A stretch of DNA of 64,000 nt, from NCBI RefSeq assembly GCF_009914755.1, contig NC_060940.1; one strand, given 5' to 3'. The notes beneath the pieces were generated by a model. It did no database searches. It was not told the origin of the DNA and was given only the letters and a program-made list of their open reading frames with translations. The stretch comes from the human T2T-CHM13v2.0 reference genome, Homo sapiens. Shown here piece by piece: positions 1 to 14,900 of the stretch (position 1 is the stretch's first letter; every line of letters starts with the position of its first letter). The translations under genes were made by a program, and so were the position numbers.

Positions 1-230
1 ATTTCATTCCATTCAGTGATGTTTCCATTCGACTGTATTCGATGATGATTCCATTCGACTCCATTCGATTATGATTTCATTCAATTCCATTCAATAATGA
101 TTCCCTTCGAGTCAATTCGATGATTCCATTCGATTCCATTCAACGATGATTTGATTCGTTTCCATTCGATGATTCCATTTGATTCCACTTGATGATGATT
201 CCATTCGAGTCCATTTGATGATTCCATTCG

Positions 231-2060
231 AGTCTATTTATGTATTATATTCGTGTCCACTTCATGATTCCATTCAATTCCATTTAATGTTGATTCCATT
301 TGATTCCATTTGATGATTCAGTTCGATTCCTTGCAATGATTCCCTACGATTCCTTTCTCTGATGATTCCATTCGATTCCATTCATTGATGATTTCATTCG
401 ACTCCATTCGATGATGATTCCTTTCGATTCCATTTGACGATGTTTCCATTCGAGTCCATTCGATGATGATTCTATTCAATTCTGTTCTATTATGATTCCA
501 TTCGATTTCATTCAATGCTTCTATTTGATTCCATTCGATGATGATTCCATCTCTTTCCCTTCGATGATTCCATTTGATTCCATTCAGTGATGATTCCATT
601 TGATTCCATCTGATGATGATTTCACTTGATTCCTTTCAATGATGATTCAATTCAAGTCCATTCGATGATTCCATTGGAGTCCAAACGATCATTCCGTTCG
701 ATTCCATTCAATGGTGATTCCATTCATGTCCATTCGATGAATCCATTCAATTCCATTCGATGATGACTCCATTCGAGTACATTCGATGATTCCATTTGAT
801 TCCATTTGAAGATGATTCCATTCAATTCCATTCGAAGATGATTCCATTCAATTCCATTCGATGATGATTCCGTATGAATCCATTCTCTGATTATTCCATT
901 CGATTCCATTCATTGACGATTCCATTCAATTCCATTCAATGATGATTCTCTTCTATTCCATTCGATGATTCCGGTCGATTCCATTCGATGATGATTCCAT
1001 TAGATTCCATTCGATTGTTGCATTCGATTCCCTTCGATGATGATTCCTTTGAATTCCATTCGATTATCATTCCGTATGAATCCATTTGATGATTATTCCA
1101 TTGGATTCCTTTCGATGATGATTCCATTCGATTCCATTTGATGATGTTTCTCTTGTATTCCATTGGATAATTCCTTTCAGTTCCCTTCGATGATTATTCT
1201 TTCGAGTCAATTCGATGATTCTATTCCATTCCCTTCGATGATGATTCCATTTCACTCCATTTGATGATTCCATTCGACTCAATTTGGGGATGATTCAATT
1301 CGATGACATTCGATGACTCCATTCAATTTCATTTGATGATGATTACATTCGAGTCCATTTGATGATTGTATTCCTTTCCTTTTGATGATTATTCCATTCG
1401 TGTCTATTCAAAGGTTCCATTCTATTCCATTCAATGATGATTGCATTTGATTCCATTCAATGATTATGGCTATCGATTCCACTCGTTGATTCCATTTGAT
1501 TCCGTTCGATGATTATTCCGTTAGATTCCATTAGAAGATTCCATTCGATTTTATTCAATGATTCCAATGGATTCCATTCAATGATGATTCCATTCGACTC
1601 CATTCAGTGATTCCATTCGAGTCCATTTGATGATTCCATTCTTTTCCATTTGATGATGATTCCATTAGGGTCCATTCAATGATTCCATTCGAGTCCATTC
1701 GTTAATGCCTTTCGAGTCCTTTTGATCACTACATTCGAGTCCATTCAATGATTCTATTCGATTCCATTCCATGATGATTCCATTCGAGTTCATTCGATGA
1801 TTGCATTCGAGTCCATTTGATGATTCCATATGATTCCATTCGACAATGATTCCATTCGTGTCCATTTGATGATTCCATTCATTTCCTATCGATGAAGATT
1901 CCATTCAAGTGTATTCGATGATTCCATTCAAATCCATTCGATGATGATTCCATTCCAGTCCATTCGATCATTCCACTTGATTCCATTTGATGACTATTCC
2001 ATTCAAATCCATTTGATGATTCCATTCGATTCCATTCGATGTTACCATTCGAGTATATAC
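231..2060 (+). repeat. Module X copy 1 (~1.83 kb alternative module)
   Basis: Starts AGTCTATTTATGTATTATATTCG, contains GGAGTCCAAACG, GATTCCGGTCG, ATGGCTATCG and CATTAGGGTCC, and ends GAGTATATAC; these k-mers were seen only in X copies. Confidence 0.85.
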
Positions 2061-5000
2061 GATGATTCCACTCGATTCCATTTGATGATTATTCCATTGG
2101 AGTCCACTTAGTGAATCCTTTAGATTCTACTGGAAGATGATTCCATTCGAGTCCATTCGATGATACCATTCAATTCCATTCGTTGATGCTTCCATTCAAG
2201 TGCATTCGATGATATCATTCGATTCCATTTGATGATAATTCCATTTGATTCCATGTGATGATTCTATTCCATTCCATTCAATGATAATTCCATTCAATTC
2301 AGTGATTCCTCTGGACTCCATTTGATGATGATTCCATTCAATGATTCCATTCGATTATATTCGAAAATGATTCCATTTGAATCCATTTGATGATGATTCC
2401 ATTGGATTCCATTTGATGATTCCATTCGATTCCATTCGATGATGATTCCATTCGATTCCTTTTGATGAATCCATTCTATTGTATTCGATGATGATTCCAT
2501 TCGATTCCATTCGATGATGATTGGATTCGATTCCATTTGATGATTTCATTTGATTCCATTCGATAAGGATTTCGATCAATTCCATTCAATGATTCCATTC
2601 GATTCCATTCGATAATGATTACATCCGAGTCCATTCGATGATTCCATTTGAGCCCGTTCGATAATTCCATTTGAGTCCAATCAATGATTCCATTCATTTC
2701 CATTCAATGATTCCATTCGAGTCCATTTGATCATTCCGGTAGGGTCCGTTCGATGTTGATTCCATTGGAGTGCATTCGATGATTCCATTCGAGTCCATTT
2801 TATGATTTGATTCGAGTCCTTTCGATGATTCCATTCGATTCCACTCGATGATTTCATTCGAGTCCATTCGACACTTCCAATCGATTCCATTTGATGTTTC
2901 CATTCGATTCCAATTGATGATTCCATTCAATTCCATTCGATGATGATTCCGTACGATTCCATTCTGTGATGATTCCATGTGATTGCATTCAATGATGATT
3001 CCTTTCGATTGCATTCGATTATGATTCATTTCGTGTTCATTCTATGGTTCCACAGGTTTCCATTCGATGATGTTTCCATTCGTGTCCATTCCATTATTCC
3101 ATTCTATTCCATTTGAAGATGATTCCATTCGATTCCATTCATTGGTGATTCCACTCAATTCCATTCAATGATTCCATTCCATTTCTTTCAACAATGATTC
3201 CATTAGTTTCTATTCGATGATCCACTTGATTCCATTTGACGATGATTCCATTCGTGTCCATTCGATGATTCCATTTGATTCCATATGATGATGATTCCAT
3301 TCGATTCCATACGATGATGATTCCATTCGAGTCCATTCAATGGTGATTCCATTCAATTCCATTCGATGATTCCTTTCGATTCCATTCAATGATGATGGCA
3401 TTCGATTCCTTTCGATCATTCCCTTTGATTCCATTCAAAGGTGATTTCATTCAAGTCCATTCGATAATTGCATTCGATTCCATTCTATGATGATTCCATT
3501 CGAGTCCATTTGATGATTCCATTCAATTCAAGTCAATGATGATTCCATTCGATTCCACTCGATGATTCCATTGGATTCCATTCGATGATGATTCCATTCA
3601 AATCCATTCGATAATTCAATTCAAGTCCATTCGATGATGATTCCAATCGAATCCATTCAAAGATTCCACTCAATTCCATTCGATGATGATTCCCTTAGAT
3701 TCCATTCGATGATTCCACTTGATTCCATTTACGATGATTCCATTCGATTCCATGTGATGATTCCATTCAATTCTATTCAATGATGTTTCCACTTGATTCC
3801 ATTCGAACATGATTGCCTTTGATTCCATTCAATGATTCCATACGGTTCCATTTGATGATGATTCCATTCGAGTCCATTCGATGATTCCATTAGAGTACAT
3901 TTAATGATTGCTTTGTTTTCAATTCGAAGATGATTACATTGGATTCCATTCTATGATACCATTCGATTCCATTCAAAGATGATTCCACTCAAATCCATTG
4001 GATGATTCCATTCGTGTCCATTCGGTGATTTCATTAGATTCCATTCGAGGATGATTCCATTCGATTCCATTCGATGATTCCATTCAATTCCATTCGATGA
4101 TGATTCCATTCCAGTCCATATGATCATTCCATTTGATTTCATTCGATGATGATTCCATTCGATTCCATTCGATGATTCCATTCAATTCCATTCTCCGATG
4201 ATTTCTTTTGAGCCCATTCAATGCTTCCACTCGATTCCATATGATGATGACTCCATTTGATGAAATTCCATGATGATTCCATTCGCTTGCATTCGATGAT
4301 GATTCCACTTGAGTCCGTTAGAAGATTCTATTCAATTACATTCCATGACGATTCTGTTCGAGTCCATTTGATGATTCCATTAGACTCCATTCGACGATGA
4401 TTCCATTCGATGTTATTCGATGATGATTCCATTCAAGTCCATTCGATGTTTCCATTCGAGTTCATTCTATTATTCCATTAGATTCCATTCGATGATGATT
4501 CCATTCGATTCCATTTGATGATTGCATTCTATTTCATTTGATGATGATTCCATTCGAGTCCATTCGATGATTCCATTCGAGTCCCTTTAATGAATCCATT
4601 GGTTTCAATTCTATGATGATTACATTGGATTCCATACGTTGATGATTTCATTCGATTCCATTCAATGATGATTCCATTCAATTCCATTCAATGATTCCAT
4701 TCAATTCCATACGATGATGATTCCATTTGATTTGATTCGACAGTGAGCCATTCGATTCAATTCCATGATGATTCTATTTGATTCAATTGGTTGACATTTC
4801 CATTCGATTCCATTCGATGATGATTCCATTTGATTCCATTCAAAGATGATTCCATTCTAGCCCATTCAATCATTCCATTCGATTCTATTCAATGATGATT
4901 CCATTCATGTCGATTTGGTGATTCCATTTGACTTCATTTGATGATGATTCCTTTCAAGTTCATTAGATGATTCCATTCGATTCCATTTGATGATGATCCC

Positions 5001-8000
5001 ATTCGAGTCCATTCAGTGATTCCACTCGTTTCCATTCCATGATGATTCCATTCCATTCCATTCAATGATTCCATTCGATTCCGTTTGATGATGATTTCAT
5101 TCGAGTCCATTTGATGATTCCATTTGATTCCATTCGATGATGATTACATTCGAGTCCATACGATGATTCCACTCAATTCCATATGATGATGATTCCATTC
5201 GATTCCATTCGATGATTCCATTCTATTCTATTCAATGGTGATTCCCTTCGAGTACATTAGATGATTCCATTCGATTCCATTCAATGATGATTCTATTTGT
5301 GTCCCTTAGATGGTTCCACATGATTCCATTTCATGATGATACTATTTGAGCCCATCCAATGATTCCCTTCGATTCCATTCGATGAGGATTCCATTCGATT
5401 CAATTCATTGGTGATTCTATTCAATTCAATTCTTTGATTCCATTCCATTCCATTCGACAATGATTCCATTCGATTTCTTTCGATGATTCCACTCGATTCC
5501 ACTTGACATTGATTCCCTTCGATTCCATTCAATGATTCCATTTGATTCCAGTGGATGATGATTGCCATCGATTCCATTCGATCACTCCATTCTATTCCAT
5601 TTGATGATGATTACATTCGATTCCATTTGACGATTCCATCTGATTCTATTCGAGGATTCCATTTGATTCCATTCGATGATGATTCCCTTCGAGTCCATTC
5701 GATGATTTCATTCGAGTACATCCAATGATTCCATTCGAGTCCATTTGATGATTCCATTTGATTCCATTTGATAATGATTCTACTAGAGTCCATTCAATGA
5801 CTCCATTGGAGTCCATTCAACAATTCCATTCGACTCCATTTGATGATTCCATTCGATTCCATTTGATGATTCCATTCGAGTCCATTTAATCATTACAGTC
5901 GAGTCCATTTGGTGATTCCACCGGATTTCCTTTGATAATGATACCATTCAATTACATTTGATGATGATCCCATTCAATTTCATTTGATGGTGATTCCATT
6001 AGAGTCCATTCGATGATTTCATTCGAGTCCCTTCATTGATTCCATCTGATTTCATTGGATGATGACTCCATTCGAGTCCATTCGATGATTCCACTCGATT
6101 CCATTAGATGATTCCATTGGAGTCCATTTGATTGTTCCATTCGATTCCATTCGATTCCTTTCGAAGATTATTCCATTTGAGTCCATTCGATGATGATTCC
6201 ATTCCATTCCATTCGATGATTCCGTTTGATTCCATTCGATGATTCCCTTCGATTCCTTTCTTTGATGATTCCATTCCATTCCATTCAATGATTCCATTCG
6301 AATCTATTCCATGATGATTCCTTTCGATTCCATTCGCTGATGTTTCCGTTCAATTCCATTCGATGATGATTCCATTCGATTCCATTCATTGAGGATTCCA
6401 TTTGATTCCATTCAATGATGATTCCGTTCTATTCCATTCAATGATTGCATTCAATTCCATTCAATGATTATCCCCTTAGAGTAAACTCAACGATTCCATT
6501 CAATACCATTCGATGATGATTCCTTTTGAGTCCATTCAATGATTTCATTCAAGTCCACTTGATGATTCCTTTCAATTCCATTCTATGATGATTCCATTCG
6601 AGTCCATTCGATGATTCCATTCGATTGCATTCGATTATTCCATTATATTCCAGTCAACGATGATTCCATTCGAGTCCATTCGATGATTCCATTAGAGTAC
6701 ATTTAATGATTGCTTTGTTTTCAATTCGAAGATGATTACATTGGATTCCATTCTATGATACCATTCGATTCCATTCAATGATGATTCCACTCAAATCCAT
6801 TGGATGATTCCATTCGTGTCCATTCGGTGATTTCATTAGATTCCATTCGAGGATGATTCCATTCGATTCCATTCGATGATTCCATTCAATTCCATTCGAT
6901 TATGATTCCATTCCAGTCCATATGATCATTCCATTTGATTTCATTCGATGATGATTCCATTCGATTCCATTCGATGATTCCATTCTATTCCATTCGATGA
7001 TGATTCCATTCGAGTCCATTCGATGATTCCATTCGAGTCCATTTAATGATTCCATTGGGTTCAATTCAATGATGATTACATTGGATTCCGTTCTATGATT
7101 CCATTCAATTCCGTTCATTGACAATTTGATTCCATTCGATGATGATTCCATTTGAGTTCATTCGATGATTCTATTCGATTCTCTTCGATGGTGATTCAAT
7201 TCTATTATATTGGATGATTCCATTCGATTCCATTTGATGTTGATTCAATTCGATTCTATTCGATGATGATTCCATTGGATTTCACTTGATGATTCTATTC
7301 GATTCCATTCAATGATGATTCACTTCTCGTCCATTGGATGATTCCATTTCATTCCATTCGATGATGATTCCATTCGATTCCATTCGATGATTCCATTTGA
7401 TTCCATGTGACGGTGAGCAATTCGATTCAATTCCATGATGATTCTATTTGATTCAATTAGATGATGTTTCCATTCGAATCCATTCCATGATTATTCCATT
7501 GGAATCCATTTGGCGATGATTCCATATGAGTCAATTCAATGATGATTCCATATGGGTCCGTTCGATGATAATTCCATTTGATTTCATTCAATGCTTCTAT
7601 TCTATTCCAGTCGATGATGATTCCGTTGGAGTCCATACGATGATTCCATTTGATTTCATTTGATGATGATTCCATTCGATGATGATTACATTGGATTCCA
7701 TTCTATGATTCCATTCAATTCCATTCGTTGATGATTCGATTCCATTCAATGATGATTCCATTTGAGTTCATTCGATGATTCTATTCGATTCCGTTCGATG
7801 GTGATTCAATTCTATTATATTGGATGATTCCACTCTATTCCATTTGATGATTATTCCATTGGAGTCCACTTAGTGAATCCTTTAGATTCTACTCGACGAT
7901 GATTCCATTCGAGTCCATTCGATGATACCATTCAATTTCATTCGTTGATGCTTCCATTCAAGTGCATTCGATGATATCATTCGATTCCATTTGATGATAA

Positions 8001-10122
8001 TTCCATTTGATTCCATGCGATGATTCTATTCGATTCCATTCAATGATAATTCCATTCAATTCAGTGATTCCTCTGGACTCCATTTGATGATGATTCCATT
8101 CAATGATTCCATTCGATTCTATTCCAAAATGATTCCATTTGAATCCATTTGATGATGATTCCATTAGATTCCATTTGATGATTCCATTCGATTGCCTTTG
8201 ACGATGATTCCATTCGATTCCATTTGATGATTCCATTCTATTCTATTCGATGATGATTCCATTCGATTCCATTTGATGATGATTGGATTCGATTCCATTT
8301 GATGATTTCATTTGATTCCATTCTTTAATGATTTCGATCAATTCCATTCGATGATTCCATTTGATTCCATTCGATAATGATTACATCCGAGTCCATTCGA
8401 TCATTCCATTTGAGCCCGTTCGATAATTCCATTTGAGTCCAATCAATGATTCCATTCATTTCCATTCAATGATTCCATTCGAGTCCATTTGATCATTCTG
8501 GTAGGGTCCGTTCGATGTTGATTCCATTGGAGTGCATTCGATAATTCCATTCGAGTCCATTTTATGATTTGATTCGAGTCCTTTCGATGATTCCATTCGA
8601 TTCCACTCGATGATGATTTCATTCGAGTCCATTCGACACTTCCAATCGATTCCATTTGATGTTTCCATTCGAGTCCAATTGATGATTCCATTCAATTCCA
8701 TTCGATGATGATTCCGTACGATTCCATTCTGTGATGATTCCATGTGATTGCATTCAATGATGATTCCTTTCGATTGCATTCGATTATGATTCATTTCGTG
8801 TTCATTCTATGGTTCCACAGGTTTCCATTCGATGACGTTTCCGTTCGTGTCCATTCCATTATTCCATTCTATTTCATTTGATGATGATTCCATTCGATTC
8901 CATTCATTGGTGATTCCACTCAATTCCATTCAATGATTCCATTCCATTTCTTTCAACAATGATTCCATTAGTTTCTATTCGACGATCCACTTGATTCCAT
9001 TTGGCGATGATTCCATTCGTGTCCATTCGATGATTCCATTTGATTCCATATGATGATGATTCCATTCGATTCCATACCATGATGATTCCATTCGAGTCCA
9101 TTCAATGGTGATTCCATTCAATTCCATTCGATGATTCCTTCCGATTCCATTCGATGATGATAGCATTCGATTCCTTTCAATCATTCCCTTTGATTCCATT
9201 CAAAGGTGATTTCATTCAAGTCCATTCGATAATTGCATTCGATTCCATTCTATGATGATTCCATTCGAGTCCATTTGATGATTCCATTCAATTCAAGTCA
9301 ATGATGATTCCATTCAATTCCACTCGATGATTCCAGTGGATTCCATTCGATGATGATTCCATTCAAATCCATTCGATAATTCAATTCAAGTCCATTCGAT
9401 GATGATTCCAATCGAATCCATTCAAAGATTCCATTCAATTCCATTCGATGATGATTCCCTTAGATTCCATTCGATGATTCCACTTGATTCCATTTACGAT
9501 GATTCCATTCGATTCCATGTGATGAATCCATTCAATTCTATTCAATGATGTTTCCATTTGATTCCATTGGACCATGATTGCCTTTGATTCCATTCAATGA
9601 TTCCATTCGGTTCCATTTGATGATGATTTCGTTCGATTCCATTTCATTATTCCATTTGATTCCATTGGATGAGTCCATTCGATTACATTCGATGATTATT
9701 CCATTCGAGTGCATTAGATGATTGCATTCGAGTCCATTCGATGATTCCATTCGATTCCATTCGATGTTGATTCTGTTCAAATCCATTCGATGATTCCACT
9801 CGATTCCAATCGATGACTCCATTTGATCCCATTCGATGATTTCCTGTGATTCCCTTTGATGATCATTCTATTTGATTCAATTCGGTGATTTCATTTCATT
9901 CCATTCAGTGATGTTTCCATTCGACTGTATTCGATGATGATTCCATTCGACTCCATTCGATTATGATTTCATTCAATTCCATTCAATAATGATTCCCTTC
10001 GAGTCCATTCGATGATTCCATTCGATTCCATTCAACGATGATTTGATTCGTTTCCATTCGATGATTCCATTTGATTCCACTTGATGATGATTCCATTCGA
10101 GTCCATTTGATGATTCCATTCG

Positions 10123-11952
10123 AGTCTATTTATGTATTATATTCGTGTCCACTTCATGATTCCATTCAATTCCATTTAATGTTGATTCCATTTGATTCCA
10201 TTTGATGATTCAGTTCGATTCCTTGCAATGATTCCCTACGATTCCTTTCTCTGATGATTCCATTCGATTCCATTCATTGATGATTTCATTCGACTCCATT
10301 CGATGATGATTCCTTTCGATTCCATTTGACGATGTTTCCATTCGAGTCCATTCGATGATGATTCTATTCAATTCTGTTCTATTATGATTCCATTCGATTT
10401 CATTCAATGCTTCTATTTGATTCCATTCGATGATGATTCCATCTCTTTCCCTTCGATGATTCCATTTGATTCCATTCAGTGATGATTCCATTTGATTCCA
10501 TCTGATGATGATTTCACTTGATTCCTTTCAATGATGATTCAATTCAAGTCCATTCGATGATTCCATTGGAGTCCAAACGATCATTCCGTTCGATTCCATT
10601 CAATGGTGATTCCATTCATGTCCATTCGATGAATCCATTCAATTCCATTCGATGATGACTCCATTCGAGTACATTCGATGATTCCATTTGATTCCATTTG
10701 AAGATGATTCCATTCAATTCCATTCGAAGATGATTCCATTCAATTCCATTCGATGATGATTCCGTATGAATCCATTCTCTGATTATTCCATTCGATTCCA
10801 TTCATTGACGATTCCATTCAATTCCATTCAATGATGATTCTCTTCTATTCCATTCGATGATTCCGGTCGATTCCATTCGATGATGATTCCATTAGATTCC
10901 ATTCGATTGTTGCATTCGATTCCCTTCGATGATGATTCCTTTGAATTCCATTCGATTATCATTCCGTATGAATCCATTTGATGATTATTCCATTGGATTC
11001 CTTTCGATGATGATTCCATTCGATTCCATTTGATGATGTTTCTCTTGTATTCCATTGGATAATTCCTTTCCGTTCCCTTCGATGATTATTCTTTCGAGTC
11101 AATTCGATGATTCTATTCCATTCCCTTCGATGATGATTCCATTTCACTCCATTTGATGATTCCATTCGACTCAATTTGGTGATGATTCAATTCGATGACA
11201 TTCGATGACTCCATTCAATTTCATTTGATGATGATTACATTCGAGTCCATTTGATGATTGTATTCCTTTCCTTTTGATGATTATTCCATTCGTGTCTATT
11301 CAAAGGTTCCATTCTATTCCATTCAATGATGATTGCATTTGATTCCATTCAATGATTATGGCTATCGATTCCACTCGTTGATTCCATTTGATTCCGTTCG
11401 ATGATTATTCCGTTAGATTCCATTAGAAGATTCCATTCGATTTTATTCAATGATTCCAATGGATTCCATTCAATGATGATTCCATTCGACTCCATTCAGT
11501 GATTCCATTCGAGTCCATTTGATGATTCCATTCTTTTCCATTTGATGATGATTCCATTAGGGTCCATTCAATGATTCCATTCGAGTCCATTCGTTAATGC
11601 CTTTCGAGTCCTTTTGATCACTACATTCGAGTCCATTCAATGATTCTATTCGATTCCATTCCATGATGATTCCATTCGAGTTCATTCGATGATTGCATTC
11701 GAGTCCATTTGATGATTCCATATGATTCCATTCGACAATGATTCCATTCGTGTCCATTTGATGATTCCATTCATTTCCTATCGATGAAGATTCCATTCAA
11801 GTGTATTCGATGATTCCATTCAAATCCATTCGATGATGATTCCATTCCAGTCCATTCGATCATTCCACTTGATTCCATTTGATGACTATTCCATTCAAAT
11901 CCATTTGATGATTCCATTCGATTCCATTCGATGTTACCATTCGAGTATATAC
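10123..11952 (+). repeat. Module X copy 2
   Basis: Same diagnostic k-mers as 231-2060 at offset +9892. Confidence 0.85.
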
Positions 11953-14900
11953 GATGATTCCACTCGATTCCATTTGATGATTATTCCATTGGAGTCCACT
12001 TAGTGAATCCTTTAGATTCTACTGGAAGATGATTCCATTCGAGTCCATTCGATGATACCATTCAATTCCATTCGTTGATGCTTCCATTCAAGTGCATTCG
12101 ATGATATCATTCGATTCCATTTGATGATAATTCCATTTGATTCCATGCGATGATTCTATTCGATTCCATTCAATGATAATTCCATTCAATTCAGTGATTC
12201 CTCTGGACTCCATTTGATGATGATTCCATTCAATGATTCCATTCGATTATATTCGAAAATGATTCCATTTGAATCCATTTGATGATGATTCCATTGGATT
12301 CAATTTGATGATTCCATTCGATTCCATTCGATGATGATTCCATTCGATTCCTTTTGATGAATCCATTCTATTGTATTCGATGATGATTCCATTCGATTCC
12401 ATTCGATGATGATTGGATTCGATTCCATTTGATGATTTCATTTGATTCCATTCGATAATGATTTCGATCAATTCCATTCGATGATTCCATTCGATTCCAT
12501 TCGATAATGATTACATCCGAGTCCATTCGATGATTCCATTTGAGCCCGTTCGATAATTCCATTTGAGTCCAATCAATGATTCCATTCATTTCCATTCAAT
12601 GATTCCATTCGAGTCCATTTGATCATTCCGGTAGGGTCCGTTCGATGTTGATTCCATTGGAGTGCATTCGATGATTCCATTCGAGTCCATTTTAGGATTT
12701 GATTCGAGTCCTTTCGATGATTCCATTCGATTCCACTCGATGATTTCATTCGAGTCCATTCGACACTTCCAATCGATTCCATTTGATGTTTCCATTCGAT
12801 TCCAATTGATGATTCCATTCAATTCCATTCGATGATGATTCCGTACGATTCCATTCTGTGATGATTCCATGTGATTGCATTCAATGATGATTCCTTTCGA
12901 TTGCATTCGATTATGATTCATTTCGTGTTCATTCTATGGTTCCACAGGTTTCCATTCGATGATGTTTCCATTCGTGTCCATTCCATTATTCCATTCTATT
13001 CCATTTGGAGACGATTCCATTCGATTCCATTCATTGGTGATTCCACTCAATTCCATTCAATGATTCCATTCCATTTCTTTCAACAATGATTCCATTAGTT
13101 TCTATTCGATGATCCACTTGATTCCATTTGACGATGATTCCATTCGTGTCCATTCGATGATTCCACTTGATTCCATATGATGATGATTCCATTCGATTCC
13201 ATACGATGATGATTCCATTCGAGTCCATTCAATGGTGATTCCATTCAATTCCATTCGATGATTCCTTTCGATTCCATTCAATGATGATGGCATTCGATTC
13301 CTTTCGATCATTCCCTTTGATTCCATTCAAAGGTGATTTCATTCAAGTCCATTCGATAATTGCATTCGATTCCATTCTATGATGATTCCATTCGAGTCCA
13401 TTTGATGATTCCATTCAATTCAAGTCAATGATGATTCCATTCGATTCCACTCGATGATTCCATTGGATTCCATTCGATGATGATTCCATTCAAATCCATC
13501 GATAATTCAATTCAAGTCCATTCGATGATGATTCCAATCGAATCCATTCAAAGATTCCACTCAATTCCATTCGATGATGATTCCCTTAGATTCCATTTGA
13601 TGATTCCACTTGATTCCATTTACGATGATTCCATTCGATTCCATGTGATGATTCCATTCAATTCTATTCAATGATGTTTCCACTTGATTCCATTCGAACA
13701 TGATTGCCTTTGATTCCATTCAATGATTCCATACGGTTCCATTTGATGATGATTCCATTCGAGTGCATTAGATGATTCCATTCGAGTCCATTCGATGATT
13801 CCATTCGATTCCATTCGATGTTGATTCTGTTCAAATCCATTCGATGATTCCACTCGATTCCATTCGATGACTCCATTTGATCCCATTCGATGATTTCCTT
13901 TGATTCCCTTTGATGATCATTCCATTTGATTCAATTCGGTGATTTCATTTGATTCCATTCAGTGATGTTTCCATTCGACTCCATTCGATGATGATTCCAT
14001 TCGACTCCATTCGATTATGATTTCATTCAATTCCATTCGATAATGATTCCCTTCGAGTCCATTCGATGATTCCATTCGATTCCATTCAACGATGATTTGA
14101 TTCGTGTCCATTCGATGATTCCGTTTGATTCCATTTGATGATGATTCCATTCGAGTCCCTTTGATGATTCCATTCAATTCCATTCTCCGATGATTTCTTT
14201 TGAGCCCATTCAATGCTTCCACTCGATTCCATATGATGATGACTCCATTTGATGAAATTCCATGATGATTCCATTCGCTTGCATTCGATGATGATTCCAC
14301 TTGAGTCCGTTAGAAGATTCTATTCAATTACATTCCATGACGATTCTGTTCGAGTCCATTTGATGATTCCATTAGACTCCATTCGACGATGATTCCATTC
14401 GATGTTATTCGATGATGATTCCATTCAACTCCATTCGATGTTTCCATTCGAGTTCATTCTATTATTCCATTAGATTCCATTCGATGATGATTCCATTCGA
14501 TTCCATTTGATGATTGCATTCTATTTCATTTGATGATGATTCCATTCGAGTCCATTCGATGATTCCATTCGAGTCCATTTAATGAATCCATTGGTTTCAA
14601 TTCTATGATGATTACATTGGATTCCATTCGTTGATGATTTCATTCGATTCCATTCAATGATGATTCCATTCAATTCCATTCAATGATTCCATTCAATTCC
14701 ATACGATGATGATTCCATTTGATTTGATTCGACAGTGAGCCATTCGATTCAATTCCATGATGATTCTATTTGATTCAATTGGTTGACATTTCCATTCGAT
14801 TCCATTCGATGATGATTCCATTTGATTCCATTCAAAGATGATTCCATTCTAGCCCATTCAATCATTCCATTCGATTCTATTCAATGATGATTCCATTCAT

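Noticed and set aside
231-255. AT-rich TATTTATGTATTATATT as a TATA-like promoter
   Set aside because: Explained by substitutions in the satellite unit, with no supporting downstream structure.
2735-2752. G-rich CCGGTAGGGTCCG as a G-quadruplex or promoter element
   Set aside because: Only one GGG run, and it is alignable to mutated satellite units; useful only as a landmark.
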